From Candidatus Pelearchaeum maunauluense (GTDB lineage: Archaea; Thermoproteota; Nitrososphaeria_A; Caldarchaeales; Caldarchaeaceae), in assembly GCA_030059675.1 (NCBI GenBank), contig JANVYQ010000011.1, forward strand, positions 1-51,454: DNA of 51,454 bases, given 5' to 3'. The translations under genes were made by a program, and so were the position numbers. Below, in pieces: positions 41,553 through 50,703 of this stretch (the stretch's first letter is position 1; every line of letters starts with the position of its first letter). Under the pieces are notes generated by a model. It was not told the origin of the DNA. It ran no database searches and saw only the letters and a list, made by a program, of their open reading frames with translations.

Positions 41553-42398
41553 ATGGCTAACGATACAGGAGTTGGTGTAGGGCTGGACCTAGGGATACTG
41601 TTCTGGTTCGTTATACTGATGCTCTTCATCTATCCACAGCTCAGACACCGCATACTGGAGAACGAGAGACTAAAACTAATACAGCGGATAGAAGGCAAGA
41701 CAGGCTCGCGCGTAGTTACGATGATTCACCGACAGGAGAGGATAACGTTCTTCGGCATACCGTTCTACCGCTACATAGATGTGGAAGACTCGGAGCAGGT
41801 TCTGCGCGCCATCAGGATGACGCCTCCAAACAGGCCTCTCACGCTTGTCCTCCACACGCCTGGGGATTAGTTCTGGCCGCGGCGCAGATAGCGCCTGCTC
41901 TAAAAGACCACCCAGCCAAGAAGACCGTTATAGTCCCACACCGCCGCCATGAGCGGCGGCGCGCTCATAGCGCTGGCTTCTGATGAGATAGTCATGGACA
42001 AGCACGCGGTTCTAGGCCCAGTTGACCCGCAGTTGGGCGACCCGCGCGGCGGCGCCATGCCCGCCGCCTCTATTCTTAGGGTTGTGCAGGAGAAGGGTAG
42101 GGAGAGGGTTAGGGACGAGACGTTGATTAAGGCTGACATAGCTGAGCTAACCCGCGACAGGCTGGGCGAGGAGAAGGCGCGCGAGCTGGCCAGGATAATG
42201 GCCTCAGGGACATGGACGCATGACTACCCCCTGACCGTCAAACGGCTACGGGAGCTTGGGATAAACGTCAACACAGAAGTCCCCCGAGAAGTCTATCAGC
42301 TAATGAGCCTATACCCACAGCCAGCCCAGGCTAGGCCCTCGGTAGAGTTCGTCCCAGCCCCATACACGCCGACCAGGCCCAGGCAGGCCTCAAGATAA
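41553..42398 (+). pseudogene. SDH/ClpP-fold serine protease (DUF114-like), frameshifted
   Basis: IHRQE, LHTPG|GLVLAA, AMSGGALIALASDEI and GTWTHDYPL motifs, spread over several frames. Confidence 0.85.
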
Positions 42399-42459
42399 TG
42401 AAGGGCTGGATGAAGCTTTAAGAGGCAGCGCATACTGCAAGGAGGCAGGGAGCTTAGAG

Positions 42460-42759
42460 ATGGAGTACATCTACGCAGCGCTACTACTGCACAAGGCTGG
42501 AAAGCAGATAGACGAGGAGGGTGTGAAGAAGGTTCTCACGGCCGCGGGTGTTACGCCTGACGATGCCAAGGTAAAGTCGCTAGTAGCAGCTCTCTCTGAG
42601 ATAAACATAGAGGAGACCCTTAAGCAGGCTGTTATGGCTCCAGCGGCTGTGGTAGCCGCTCCAGCGCCAGCCCAGGCACCGCAGGCGCCTGCGAAGGAGG
42701 AGAAGAAAGAGGAGAAGAAAGAGGAGGCCATCGCGGGCCTCAGCGCCCTCTTCGGATAA
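42460..42759 (+). CDS. rpl12: 50S stalk protein P1/L12
   Basis: [11 protein letters not shown]...GLSALFG. Confidence 0.97.
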   Translation: MEYIYAALLLHKAGKQIDEEGVKKVLTAAGVTPDDAKVKSLVAALSEINIEETLKQAVMAPAAVVAAPAPAQAPQAPAKEEKKEEKKEEAIAGLSALFG

Positions 42760-42942
42760 ACGCCCTAGCAACGTCTCCACAGGTGTGGTGGAGCTAGCCC
42801 TGCCTGTGGAGAGTATATAAATTCTTTAGGACGAAACACGGCCTCGGCGAGAAGGAAGCCAGTAGTGATTGGAAAGTTTTAAAGACAGCACCAGCGTTGG
42901 TGGTGTTGCATTAATGCATGAAGTGCATGACGGAGAGGAGGC

Positions 42943-45687
42943 ATGAAGTTCGCTGCCGAGCATTACCAGCTTAGCTTCTTCCTCAATAACGGGTTTGTCA
43001 GGCGTAAGTGCAGGGTTTGTGGCGAGTTTTTCTGGACGCTCAACGCAGAGCTTGATGTTTGTGGAGAGTCTCCCTGCGTGCCATACCAGTTCATTGGCCA
43101 GCAGCCTACGAGTAGGCGTATGAGCGTCCGCGAAGCGCGGCAGGCTTTCCTAGACTTCTTCGCCCTGAAGGGGCATAAGGTGATTAAGCCCTATCCAGTC
43201 GTGGCACGCTGGAGGACAGACCTCTACCTTGTCCACGCCTCCATAGTGGATTTCCAGCCCTGGGCCACCAGCGGCATAGCACCCCCACCAGCCAATCCAC
43301 TCGTCATAAGCCAGCCATGCATAAGGATGGTGGACATAGACAAAGTAGGCCTCACGTTCGGTAGGCACTTAACAATCTTTGAGATGGGCGGCCATCATGC
43401 GTTTAACTCGCCTGACAACAAGATATACTGGAAGGATGAGACGACAGAGTATTGTCATGAGTTTATGACGGGCATCCTCGGCATAGATCCGCTCTCCATA
43501 ACCTATAAGGAGGCCGCTTGGGCTGGGGGAGGTAATGCTGGTCCGTGTCTTGAGGTTATCTCAGGCGGCCTGGAGCTGGCGACGCTTGTCTTCATGCAGT
43601 ATAAAACGGATGGGGATGAGCTGACCGAGATACCCATACTCACGGTTGATACTGGGTATGGGATAGAGCGTCTGGCCTGGTTCAGCCAGGGGACGCCCAG
43701 CTGCTTTGATGCGATATACGGAGAGCTGTATCCGAAGGTTTTGGAGAATATTCCTGTTGAGTGGCCTTCTGAGGAGCTTTTGGCTAGCTACGCCCCGCAT
43801 ACGGCGCTGGTGGTTCCCAAGAGCGATGTAACGGTCGCCGAGGCCAGGCGGCAGGTCGCGGCTGCTGCTGGAATCCCAGTTGAGAGGATAGAGGCCGAGA
43901 TAGCTCCGCTGGAGAGACTATACGCTGCTCTTGACTTTACGAAGGCTATAGCGTTCATAGTATCCGAGGGCGTAGTCCCCAGCAACGTCAAGGCGGGCTA
44001 CCTAACTAGGCTCCTTATAAGAAAGACATACCGCCACCTAAGGAGAATGGGGTATGCTGATAGACTGCTTGACCTGCTTGACTTACAGCTCGGCTATTGG
44101 TCGCGCGACTTCCCGCACCTTGCCGAGATGCGCGACGAGGTGTTGGACATAGTTGGGCATGAGGTTGAGAAGTTTGAGGACACGCTTGCTAAGGGGGTTA
44201 GCGCTGTTGAGAGGGAGCTGTCAAGCCTCAAGAAGCGTGGCGAGCAGCTCTCGGCAGAGACGCTCGTCAGGTTCTATGATGAGCGTGGCATAACGCCTGA
44301 CATCGTATCTGAGGTGGCTGAGCGTCTAGGCATGAAGGTAGAGACGCTTGAGAACTTCTACGAGCTTGTGGCAGCTCGTCATCTCCGCGAAACGGCACCA
44401 CAGGAGAAAGCCAAGCTCGTTGATGATGAGGAGCTTAGACAATTCCCACCCACTAGAAAGCTGTACTATGAAAAGCCATTCACATACTCCTTCAACGCCA
44501 CCGTCCTAGGCGTGGTTAATGGATACGTCATACTTGACCAGACTCTCTTCTACCCTGAGGGAGGCGGCCAAGTCGGGGATACTGGAGAGCTAATCTACGG
44601 CGGCGGTGATTGTAGGGTTGTGGATACCCAGATAGTTAATGGAGTTATACTGCATAGGGTAGAGGGAACGCCGCCGCGTGTGGGTGAGCAGGTAGAGGGG
44701 GTGGTTGATAGGGATAGGAGGCTGAGCATCATACGCCACCACACAGCGACGCATATAATGATTGGGACTGTTCGCCGCGTGCTGGGGCAGCACGCATGGC
44801 AGGCAGGCGCCAAGAAAGAGCCCGACAAGGCCCGTCTTGACATCTATCATCATAAACGGCTAACTCCTGAGGAGGTGCGCGAGCTTGAGCGCGTAGCTAA
44901 CAGTGTAGTAGCGCGTAGGATGCCTGTTCAGATAAGCTGGCGGGACAGGAACGAGGCTGAGCAGACCTATGGATTCTTCCTATACCAAGGTGGTGAGGTG
45001 CCATCAGCTCAGATAAGGGTTGTTGAAATAGTCGGCTGGGATGCCGAGGCGTGTGGAGGGATACACTGCGAGAACACTGAGGACGTGGGCTTCATCAAGA
45101 TAATCAAGACTGAGCGCATACAGGATGGTGTTGAGCGGCTCATCTTCGCAGCAGGCCCAGCGGCGCTCCAATACGTGCAAAGCGCCGAGATGATACTTGA
45201 GAACGTCGCAGGCACGGTCTCGGCCAGCTACCAAGAGCTGCCGCGCAAGATTGAGGAGCTTGAAGAGGAGATTAGAGAACTACGCAGGTCTGTTAAGCGG
45301 TTGCAGGAACGTATAATACCACAGCGAGTACGCGAGATTCGCGAGATAGCCTTCAAGGTTGATGATGCTGTAATCTACACATCCTACGAAGATATTGACG
45401 ACCAGGAATACTTGATTAAGCTGGCGGCAGAGGTTGTGAATAGGCCTGGCCCTGCTGTCTCGCTTGTTGCGGCGGGGAAGCCCACCGCGCGTGTTGTGTG
45501 TTATGTGAATGACGAGGCTGTGAAGCGTGGGTATAAGGCTGGCAGGATAGTTGCGCAGTTCTGCCAAGCCCTCGGCGGGAGAGGCGGCGGGAGGGATAAC
45601 CTAGGCCAGGGCGCCGTCCCCTACCACGAGGGGATAGAGGAGCAGCTCAACGCGGTTATACAGTTCGTCCAGCCAGTCAGCCGCTGA
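42943..45687 (+). CDS. alaS: Alanine--tRNA ligase
   Basis: QPCIRMVD, FEMGGHHAFN, DTGYGIER, HHTATH, ACGGIH and GGRGGG motifs. Confidence 0.97.
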   Translation: MKFAAEHYQLSFFLNNGFVRRKCRVCGEFFWTLNAELDVCGESPCVPYQFIGQQPTSRRMSVREARQAFLDFFALKGHKVIKPYPVVARWRTDLYLVHASIVDFQPWATSGIAPPPANPLVISQPCIRMVDIDKVGLTFGRHLTIFEMGGHHAFNSPDNKIYWKDETTEYCHEFMTGILGIDPLSITYKEAAWAGGGNAGPCLEVISGGLELATLVFMQYKTDGDELTEIPILTVDTGYGIERLAWFSQGTPSCFDAIYGELYPKVLENIPVEWPSEELLASYAPHTALVVPKSDVTVAEARRQVAAAAGIPVERIEAEIAPLERLYAALDFTKAIAFIVSEGVVPSNVKAGYLTRLLIRKTYRHLRRMGYADRLLDLLDLQLGYWSRDFPHLAEMRDEVLDIVGHEVEKFEDTLAKGVSAVERELSSLKKRGEQLSAETLVRFYDERGITPDIVSEVAERLGMKVETLENFYELVAARHLRETAPQEKAKLVDDEELRQFPPTRKLYYEKPFTYSFNATVLGVVNGYVILDQTLFYPEGGGQVGDTGELIYGGGDCRVVDTQIVNGVILHRVEGTPPRVGEQVEGVVDRDRRLSIIRHHTATHIMIGTVRRVLGQHAWQAGAKKEPDKARLDIYHHKRLTPEEVRELERVANSVVARRMPVQISWRDRNEAEQTYGFFLYQGGEVPSAQIRVVEIVGWDAEACGGIHCENTEDVGFIKIIKTERIQDGVERLIFAAGPAALQYVQSAEMILENVAGTVSASYQELPRKIEELEEEIRELRRSVKRLQERIIPQRVREIREIAFKVDDAVIYTSYEDIDDQEYLIKLAAEVVNRPGPAVSLVAAGKPTARVVCYVNDEAVKRGYKAGRIVAQFCQALGGRGGGRDNLGQGAVPYHEGIEEQLNAVIQFVQPVSR

Positions 45688-46546
45688 AGCCAGCCTTCGC
45701 AGCCAGCGCAGAGGCAAGCAGCTCAGCGCGCAGTAGAAGGTTCTTAATCGTATCCTTATCAGCGTAGCCCGCCTCAATCGCCAGCTCCATAGCCTGACGC
45801 GCAGCAAGCATGATTATCGGCTTAATCGTCTCAGGCGTAACGTATGCTGCGGAGACCGCTATGTTAATCGCCTGCTGAGCTGCCTCAAGTATCTGCTGCC
45901 TAAACGCATCCAAGTCTAGCTTGAGGTCCTCCGCCTTGATTACCACGCCATCCTCGTAGGCTGCTATGAGCGCTAGGCCTCGGAGGACAGCCTTTATGTC
46001 CAGCTTTACTAGGAGGCTCGCGAGTAGGTGGCTTATCTCCTCACCCTTCTTCGCAACCAGCGTGTCCTTCGCAATCCATATCTGGCCGCCCTCTATACGG
46101 GTGGGTATCTTCAGCTTGCCGAAGTCGCTCAACACGGGGCCAGGCGGCAGGCCAGTGTTGGTCTCAGGAACCCAAATGTCAAAGTCGGCCCTCTCACCAG
46201 CGCGGGCATGCATGGGAACTTTATTCTGGTCTATGAGTAGGCTGAGCTTGAACGAGTTTATCTTGCTGAATATGAAGCCCACAGGCTTGTTTATTCCTTC
46301 AAGTAGCTTCTTAACATCTGGCCGTCCAGCCTTATATGCTGCTAGGTTGAAGAGCGTCTTCTTAGCAACGCGCACGACACAGGTGTCGCGGAGCTTCTGC
46401 CGCATCTCGTGGATTATGTTGGCGCGCGTCCCCGTGAGGTCAAAGACAGCTATAACTGGGTAGTTTTTTATCAGCTCCGCTAGCTCCGCTACCTCCTCCT
46501 CTTTCCAGCCATAGCTCTGCCGCGTAACCAGGCGTTGGGCTGACAT
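45677..46546 (-). CDS. rpl10: 50S ribosomal protein P0/L10 (uL10)
   Basis: WKEEEV, VAKKTL and NTGLPPGP motifs. Confidence 0.95.
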   Translation of the reverse strand: MSAQRLVTRQSYGWKEEEVAELAELIKNYPVIAVFDLTGTRANIIHEMRQKLRDTCVVRVAKKTLFNLAAYKAGRPDVKKLLEGINKPVGFIFSKINSFKLSLLIDQNKVPMHARAGERADFDIWVPETNTGLPPGPVLSDFGKLKIPTRIEGGQIWIAKDTLVAKKGEEISHLLASLLVKLDIKAVLRGLALIAAYEDGVVIKAEDLKLDLDAFRQQILEAAQQAINIAVSAAYVTPETIKPIIMLAARQAMELAIEAGYADKDTIKNLLLRAELLASALAAKAGFSG

Positions 46547-46653
46547 GGCTCTAACAACCAGGGCTATAATCCCGCCCAACAGATTACTTAATAAAGATGC
46601 AGCGAGCCTGGGGCTGGATACTCTGGAAAGAAGAGCCTGAAAACCTAGGCGTA

Positions 46654-46788
46654 TCAGATGGCTATGTAGCGGACCACGTTTCTATCTGTTATCGGCTTCC
46701 TTATGGTTTTCTTCTTCTCACATCTAGATTTGTGTCTCCGCCATCTTTTGTGGCTTATAATCTTCTTGCACTTGGGGCAGACTGGCAT
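46654..46788 (-). CDS. Small basic C2HC zinc-finger protein (44 aa), absent from the ORF track
   Basis: MPVCPKCKKIISHKRWRRHKSRCEKKKTIRKPITDRNVVRYIAI; ATG begins 5 nt after the rpl1 stop, same strand. Confidence 0.7.
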   Translation of the reverse strand: MPVCPKCKKIISHKRWRRHKSRCEKKKTIRKPITDRNVVRYIAI

Positions 46789-46793
46789 AATGG

Positions 46794-47465
46794 TTATTCA
46801 CGCGCGGATAGATTAACCTTCACGGGCTTGCCCATGGTTGTCTTGACATAAACCGACGCCACGTTCCGCTGCCGCTTCTCCAGCTTCTCAATCACGCGCG
46901 AGAGTACGGCCTCAGCGTTCTCCGCGAGCTTCTCATCATCCATCTCCTCAGTACCTATCAAGGCGCTTACCTGTGGTATCTTCCTCAGCCTTACTGTAAC
47001 GCTGTTGGCGTGCCGCTGGACCAGCTTCTCCAAGTCCTGGCCTGGTGGTATTGGTATAGGGGCCTTCCCGCGCGAGCCCAGCGCAGCTCCTAGGACGCGG
47101 GCTGCTAAGCCCATCAGGGGAGGCTCTACTAGGAAGTAGTCGTAGCTGCTGGCCAGCTTCTTGGCTTCGCGCTTATTCCCGACCAGAGTCTCCAGCTCCT
47201 CGCGCTCAATAACCCTATCAACGCCTTGTATTCGCCTAGCCATAAGCGCTGTGTTGCCGCTTGCTATAACGCATATCTTGCGCCTCTTCTTCCCAAGGTC
47301 GTGGGGGAGCTCTATAACCTCATTAAACCTGTTCTCAGGCTTGCTTAGGTCAACGCCCTTGATATTCACCGTTATCTCCAGCGATTGGATGAATTTCCTC
47401 TCGCCCTTATTCTGTTTAGCCTGCCTGATTGCTTCCAGCATCCTTGAGGTGAGTGCGCGCATCAT
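46794..47465 (-). CDS. rpl1: 50S ribosomal protein L1
   Basis: RKFIQSLE, LGSRGK and VYVKTTMGKP motifs. Confidence 0.96.
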   Translation of the reverse strand: MMRALTSRMLEAIRQAKQNKGERKFIQSLEITVNIKGVDLSKPENRFNEVIELPHDLGKKRRKICVIASGNTALMARRIQGVDRVIEREELETLVGNKREAKKLASSYDYFLVEPPLMGLAARVLGAALGSRGKAPIPIPPGQDLEKLVQRHANSVTVRLRKIPQVSALIGTEEMDDEKLAENAEAVLSRVIEKLEKRQRNVASVYVKTTMGKPVKVNLSARE

Positions 47466-47947
47466 GGCCTGCTCAACAGCTCGTCATACTTGCCCTGTTC
47501 AACCTCCTTAATAACCTCCTTCGGGTTCTTATTATCCACCAGGACGCCCATACTGACGCATGTGCCTAAAACCTGTTTGACAGCCGCCTTAAGCGTCTTG
47601 GCGCGCATATCCTCCTGCTTGGCCGCCGCTATCTTGACTACGCTCTCCATGCTTATAGAGCCAACGAAGTCGTGCCCAGGTGTTCCAGAGCCTTTCTCAG
47701 CGCCAGCCTCCTTTACTATAAGCGCAGCTGTGCTGGGAGTCCCAACCTTAACCGAGAACTCCTTAGTATCAGTATCTACCGTAACCTCAACAGGTACGCG
47801 CATCCCCTTATACTCGGCGGTCGCCTCGTTAATCTTCTCAACCACTTGCATCACGTTAACGCCAAGCGGGCCTAGAGACGAGCCTATAGGCGGCCCTGCC
47901 GTGGACTTCCCACCCTCAACTAGGAGGCGTAGCGTCTTCTCTGGCAA
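47462..47947 (-). CDS. rpl11: 50S ribosomal protein L11
   Basis: GGKSTAGPPIGSSLGPLG and GTCVSMGV motifs; TTG start at 47947. Confidence 0.96.
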   Translation of the reverse strand: MPEKTLRLLVEGGKSTAGPPIGSSLGPLGVNVMQVVEKINEATAEYKGMRVPVEVTVDTDTKEFSVKVGTPSTAALIVKEAGAEKGSGTPGHDFVGSISMESVVKIAAAKQEDMRAKTLKAAVKQVLGTCVSMGVLVDNKNPKEVIKEVEQGKYDELLSRP

Positions 47948-48161
47948 GACTCTGTGCACCGCGAGCGGAGAGCTAGCTGCCTGCATTAATAAATATATAG
48001 CCAGCAGTGGTGAGGGCTGGGATACTGGGTTTCTAGCAGTGCTACGCTGCCTATGCGGCGGCGTAATGCGCTGCTGGAGCTACCGCGGCCATTAGCGTAG
48101 AATTACTTTTAGAAGAGGGGGAAAATCTCCACGATTTACGGCCGTCGTACGGCTACGACAA

Positions 48162-48172
48162 CCTTATATATC
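48162..48172 (+). promoter_or_regulatory. TATA box candidate for the ubiquitin operon
   Basis: CTTATATAT about 40 nt upstream of the Ub ATG. Confidence 0.5.
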
Positions 48173-48210
48173 CTCTAAAGCGGTGCTGGCTTAGAAGAGG
48201 TCTTACGTAG

Positions 48211-48468
48211 ATGAAAATCAAGATTGTTCCCGCAGTTGGTGGAGGGGCGCCGCTGGAGCTGGAGGTCTCGCCCAACGCTACGATAGGCGCAATTAGGACT
48301 AAGGTGAGCGCGATAAAGAAGCTCCCACCAGATACGACTAGGCTCACCTACAAGGGGAGGGCGCTTAAGGATACCGAGACTCTCCAGAGCTTGGGTATCC
48401 AGGATGGTGATAAGCTGGTTCTGATAACGCGTACGGTGGGGGGTTGTGGCGGTGGAGGGCTATGCTGA
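48211..48468 (+). CDS. Eukaryote-like ubiquitin precursor (78-aa mature form ending RTVGG, plus 7-aa propeptide)
   Basis: Beta-grasp with RLTYKGRALKDTETLQSLGIQDGDKLVLITRTVGG-CGGGGLC; closely resembles Caldiarchaeum subterraneum Ub. Confidence 0.95.
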   Translation: MKIKIVPAVGGGAPLELEVSPNATIGAIRTKVSAIKKLPPDTTRLTYKGRALKDTETLQSLGIQDGDKLVLITRTVGGCGGGGLC

Positions 48469-48970
48469 GCTCCCAGAGGCGATGTGGTATAAGAGGCTCA
48501 GCATAGAATACTCCCTAGTCCAGGAGCATGAGCCGAACTTCAGCCCAGTTGATGGAGACCTAACCCACTACGAGGGCGTGATAATCGGCTCGGGCCTCTA
48601 CGAGTCAGGCTACTTCCGCGTGGAGATATTCATACCACGCTCATTCCCATTCCACCCGCCAGACATTGTATGGCACACGCGGATATGGCACCCCAACTTC
48701 TCCGACGAAGTCCCAGCACGGGTATGCGAGTCCATCATTAAAGACCACTGGTCGCCCTCACTCCACGTGATAACGGTCATAGAGGCTCTGCGAAGCCTCT
48801 TGAACGACCCCAACCCAGACGACCCGCTTAACGCAGTCGCGGCCATGGAGCTTAAGATGAGGCCCGACATATTTGAGGCGCGGGTTCGCGAGTATATTGC
48901 CCGGTTCGCAACCCCTGAGCAGGCGTTCTACGATGGTAGGAGAAGGTGGAGACTGGTCAGCCACGGCTAG
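48446..48970 (+). CDS. Ubiquitin-conjugating enzyme E2
   Basis: FPFHPP, TRIWHPN, catalytic Cys in RVCESII, WSP and PNPDDPLN motifs. Confidence 0.96.
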   Translation: MAVEGYAELPEAMWYKRLSIEYSLVQEHEPNFSPVDGDLTHYEGVIIGSGLYESGYFRVEIFIPRSFPFHPPDIVWHTRIWHPNFSDEVPARVCESIIKDHWSPSLHVITVIEALRSLLNDPNPDDPLNAVAAMELKMRPDIFEARVREYIARFATPEQAFYDGRRRWRLVSHG

Positions 48971-48977
48971 GCTGGTT

Positions 48978-50150
48978 TTGGAGAGATACGACAGGCAGCT
49001 CCGCCTCCAGGGCTGGGACCAGTCCAAGATACAGGCCGCCACCGTGCTTATTGCTGGTGTGGGCGCTCTAGGCTGCGAGGTATCCAAGAACTTAGCCCTA
49101 ATGGGGATAGGGAAGCTGGTGCTGGTTGATAATGATGTTGTTGAGCTCTCCAACCTGAGTAGGCAGATGCTCTTCGCTGATAGCGATATAGGTATGCCGA
49201 AGAGCGTGGTTGCTGAACGTAGGCTACGTGAGATGAACCCCCACGTGGCTACCAAAGCCCTCAACGGAGATGTTAGACAACTATCGCAGGAGCTCTTCAA
49301 AGATGTTGATGTGATATGCGCGTGCGTGGATAACTGGCCCACCCGTAGGTGGCTCAACTCGCTGGCGGTGGAGCTGGGCAAGCCGCTTGTGGATGTCGCC
49401 ATGGAGGGCTTCTACGCCAACGTCCAGGTCATAATCCCTGGAAAGACAGCGTGTATAGAGTGTCATGGAGACTCAATAATACCGAAGGAGGTGCAGGTAG
49501 CTGAGTGCACGTTGAGGAAGCGTAAGCCCGAAGACTTGGTTAATGAGCTCAAGCAGCACGGCGTCGAGATAAGCATGGAACATGCTCAAGCGCTCTTCAA
49601 GGCTGGGATAAAGACGGTCTTTGATATAAAATACACTCCCCAGGCTAGTATGTCTGAGCTTGACGGCGAGGTTGTTGGATTGGTTAATAGGCTGAGGAAG
49701 GAGCTTAGGCCCAAGATGCCCGCTCTTCAGAGCGTTGCAGCTGCCATCTCTGGAATAGCCTCGGTGGAGGTTGTGAAGCTACTACATCAGGGCAGCCTTG
49801 GCAAGCCTTTCAGCGGCCTCATAATATACGACGCCCTGGCGGCGCGCTCTACGCGAGTCCCACTCAAGAGGAATAGGGAGTGCTTCGTCTGCGGCGACTA
49901 TGTCAAGACTTCTGGAATCACGATACACCTGAAGAGTGACGAAACTGTTCTGGATCTGAAGGAGATTCTTGCTAGTAGCTACATGTATCCAGACGCGGAG
50001 ATACAGCATAGGACGCGCCTGTTGGCTGATGATGTACGCCTTTCCGAGCTAACGATTGAAGCTGATGAGGTGCTATACATACACACTACGCGGCGGGCGC
50101 AGCCGCTAGCGCTTAAGGTGGTGCTGGATGAGGATAGTGATAGGCGCTGA
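48978..50150 (+). CDS. Ubiquitin-activating enzyme E1 (single subunit; start 48978 or 48933)
   Basis: RYDRQ, GVGALG, DNDVVELSNLSRQ, CIEC, catalytic-type ECTLR, CFVC, and a C-terminal ubiquitin-fold-like domain. Confidence 0.95.
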   Translation: MERYDRQLRLQGWDQSKIQAATVLIAGVGALGCEVSKNLALMGIGKLVLVDNDVVELSNLSRQMLFADSDIGMPKSVVAERRLREMNPHVATKALNGDVRQLSQELFKDVDVICACVDNWPTRRWLNSLAVELGKPLVDVAMEGFYANVQVIIPGKTACIECHGDSIIPKEVQVAECTLRKRKPEDLVNELKQHGVEISMEHAQALFKAGIKTVFDIKYTPQASMSELDGEVVGLVNRLRKELRPKMPALQSVAAAISGIASVEVVKLLHQGSLGKPFSGLIIYDALAARSTRVPLKRNRECFVCGDYVKTSGITIHLKSDETVLDLKEILASSYMYPDAEIQHRTRLLADDVRLSELTIEADEVLYIHTTRRAQPLALKVVLDEDSDRR

Positions 50151-50364
50151 GAGGTCGCTGGGCTTCTGGGACCCCTACTACGAGGAGCAGCGGAAGAGGC
50201 GGATGGAGCCATGCGTGGTCTGCGGCCTAGAGCTTGGAGAGCAGACAATATACTCATGCCCGCACTGCTCGGCAACGGGGCACGAGTCATGCTTCGACGA
50301 CTGGCTCCGAATAAGGAACGCCTGCCCGCTGTGTAGGAGGCCGATACTAGAGGAGGTGGGCTGA
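50128..50364 (+). CDS. Small RING-finger E3 ligase (srfp-like)
   Basis: CVVC...CPHC...HESC..W...CPLCR. Confidence 0.92.
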   Translation: MRIVIGAERSLGFWDPYYEEQRKRRMEPCVVCGLELGEQTIYSCPHCSATGHESCFDDWLRIRNACPLCRRPILEEVG

Positions 50365-50366
50365 GC

Positions 50367-50690
50367 ATGTCGGAGCAACGTAAGCGTAATGAGGATGTCG
50401 TGGAGATTGACCTAAGCTATGTTGAGACTCCACGGGGCAGGGTCGCGGCGTTTGAGACAGTGAAGCAGCTCGCCAACGCCATAGTACTGCTAAACGAGGA
50501 GGAGGAGAACATAAGAAACGAGCTCAGACGAATAGAGCGGGGCGCCGTAGATGAGCAGCGTGTAAAGAGTATTGAGGAGAGGCTGGAGAGGATTGAGCAG
50601 AGATTGGATGACATGATGACGACGCAGGACTACATACTCGACACTCTACAGGAACTTGTCAACGCTGTAGCTGGGTTGAAGAAGAAGTAG
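50367..50690 (+). CDS. Small acidic coiled-coil protein
   Basis: Starts 2 nt after the RING stop; heptads IEERLERIEQRLDDM. Confidence 0.8.
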   Translation: MSEQRKRNEDVVEIDLSYVETPRGRVAAFETVKQLANAIVLLNEEEENIRNELRRIERGAVDEQRVKSIEERLERIEQRLDDMMTTQDYILDTLQELVNAVAGLKKK

Positions 50691-50703
50691 GGGAGAAGCT
50701 GGT

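Noticed and set aside
46597-46851. Plus-strand 84-aa ORF between rpl10 and rpl1
   Set aside because: Antisense to the operon and motif-free; the minus-strand Zn-finger ORF explains the space better.
47990-48160. Structured ncRNA or Rpn11 remnant between rpl11 and Ub
   Set aside because: Only short stems (CTACGCT/AGCGTAG, GCCGTCGTACGGC) expected at this GC content; no JAMM HxH motif ORF.
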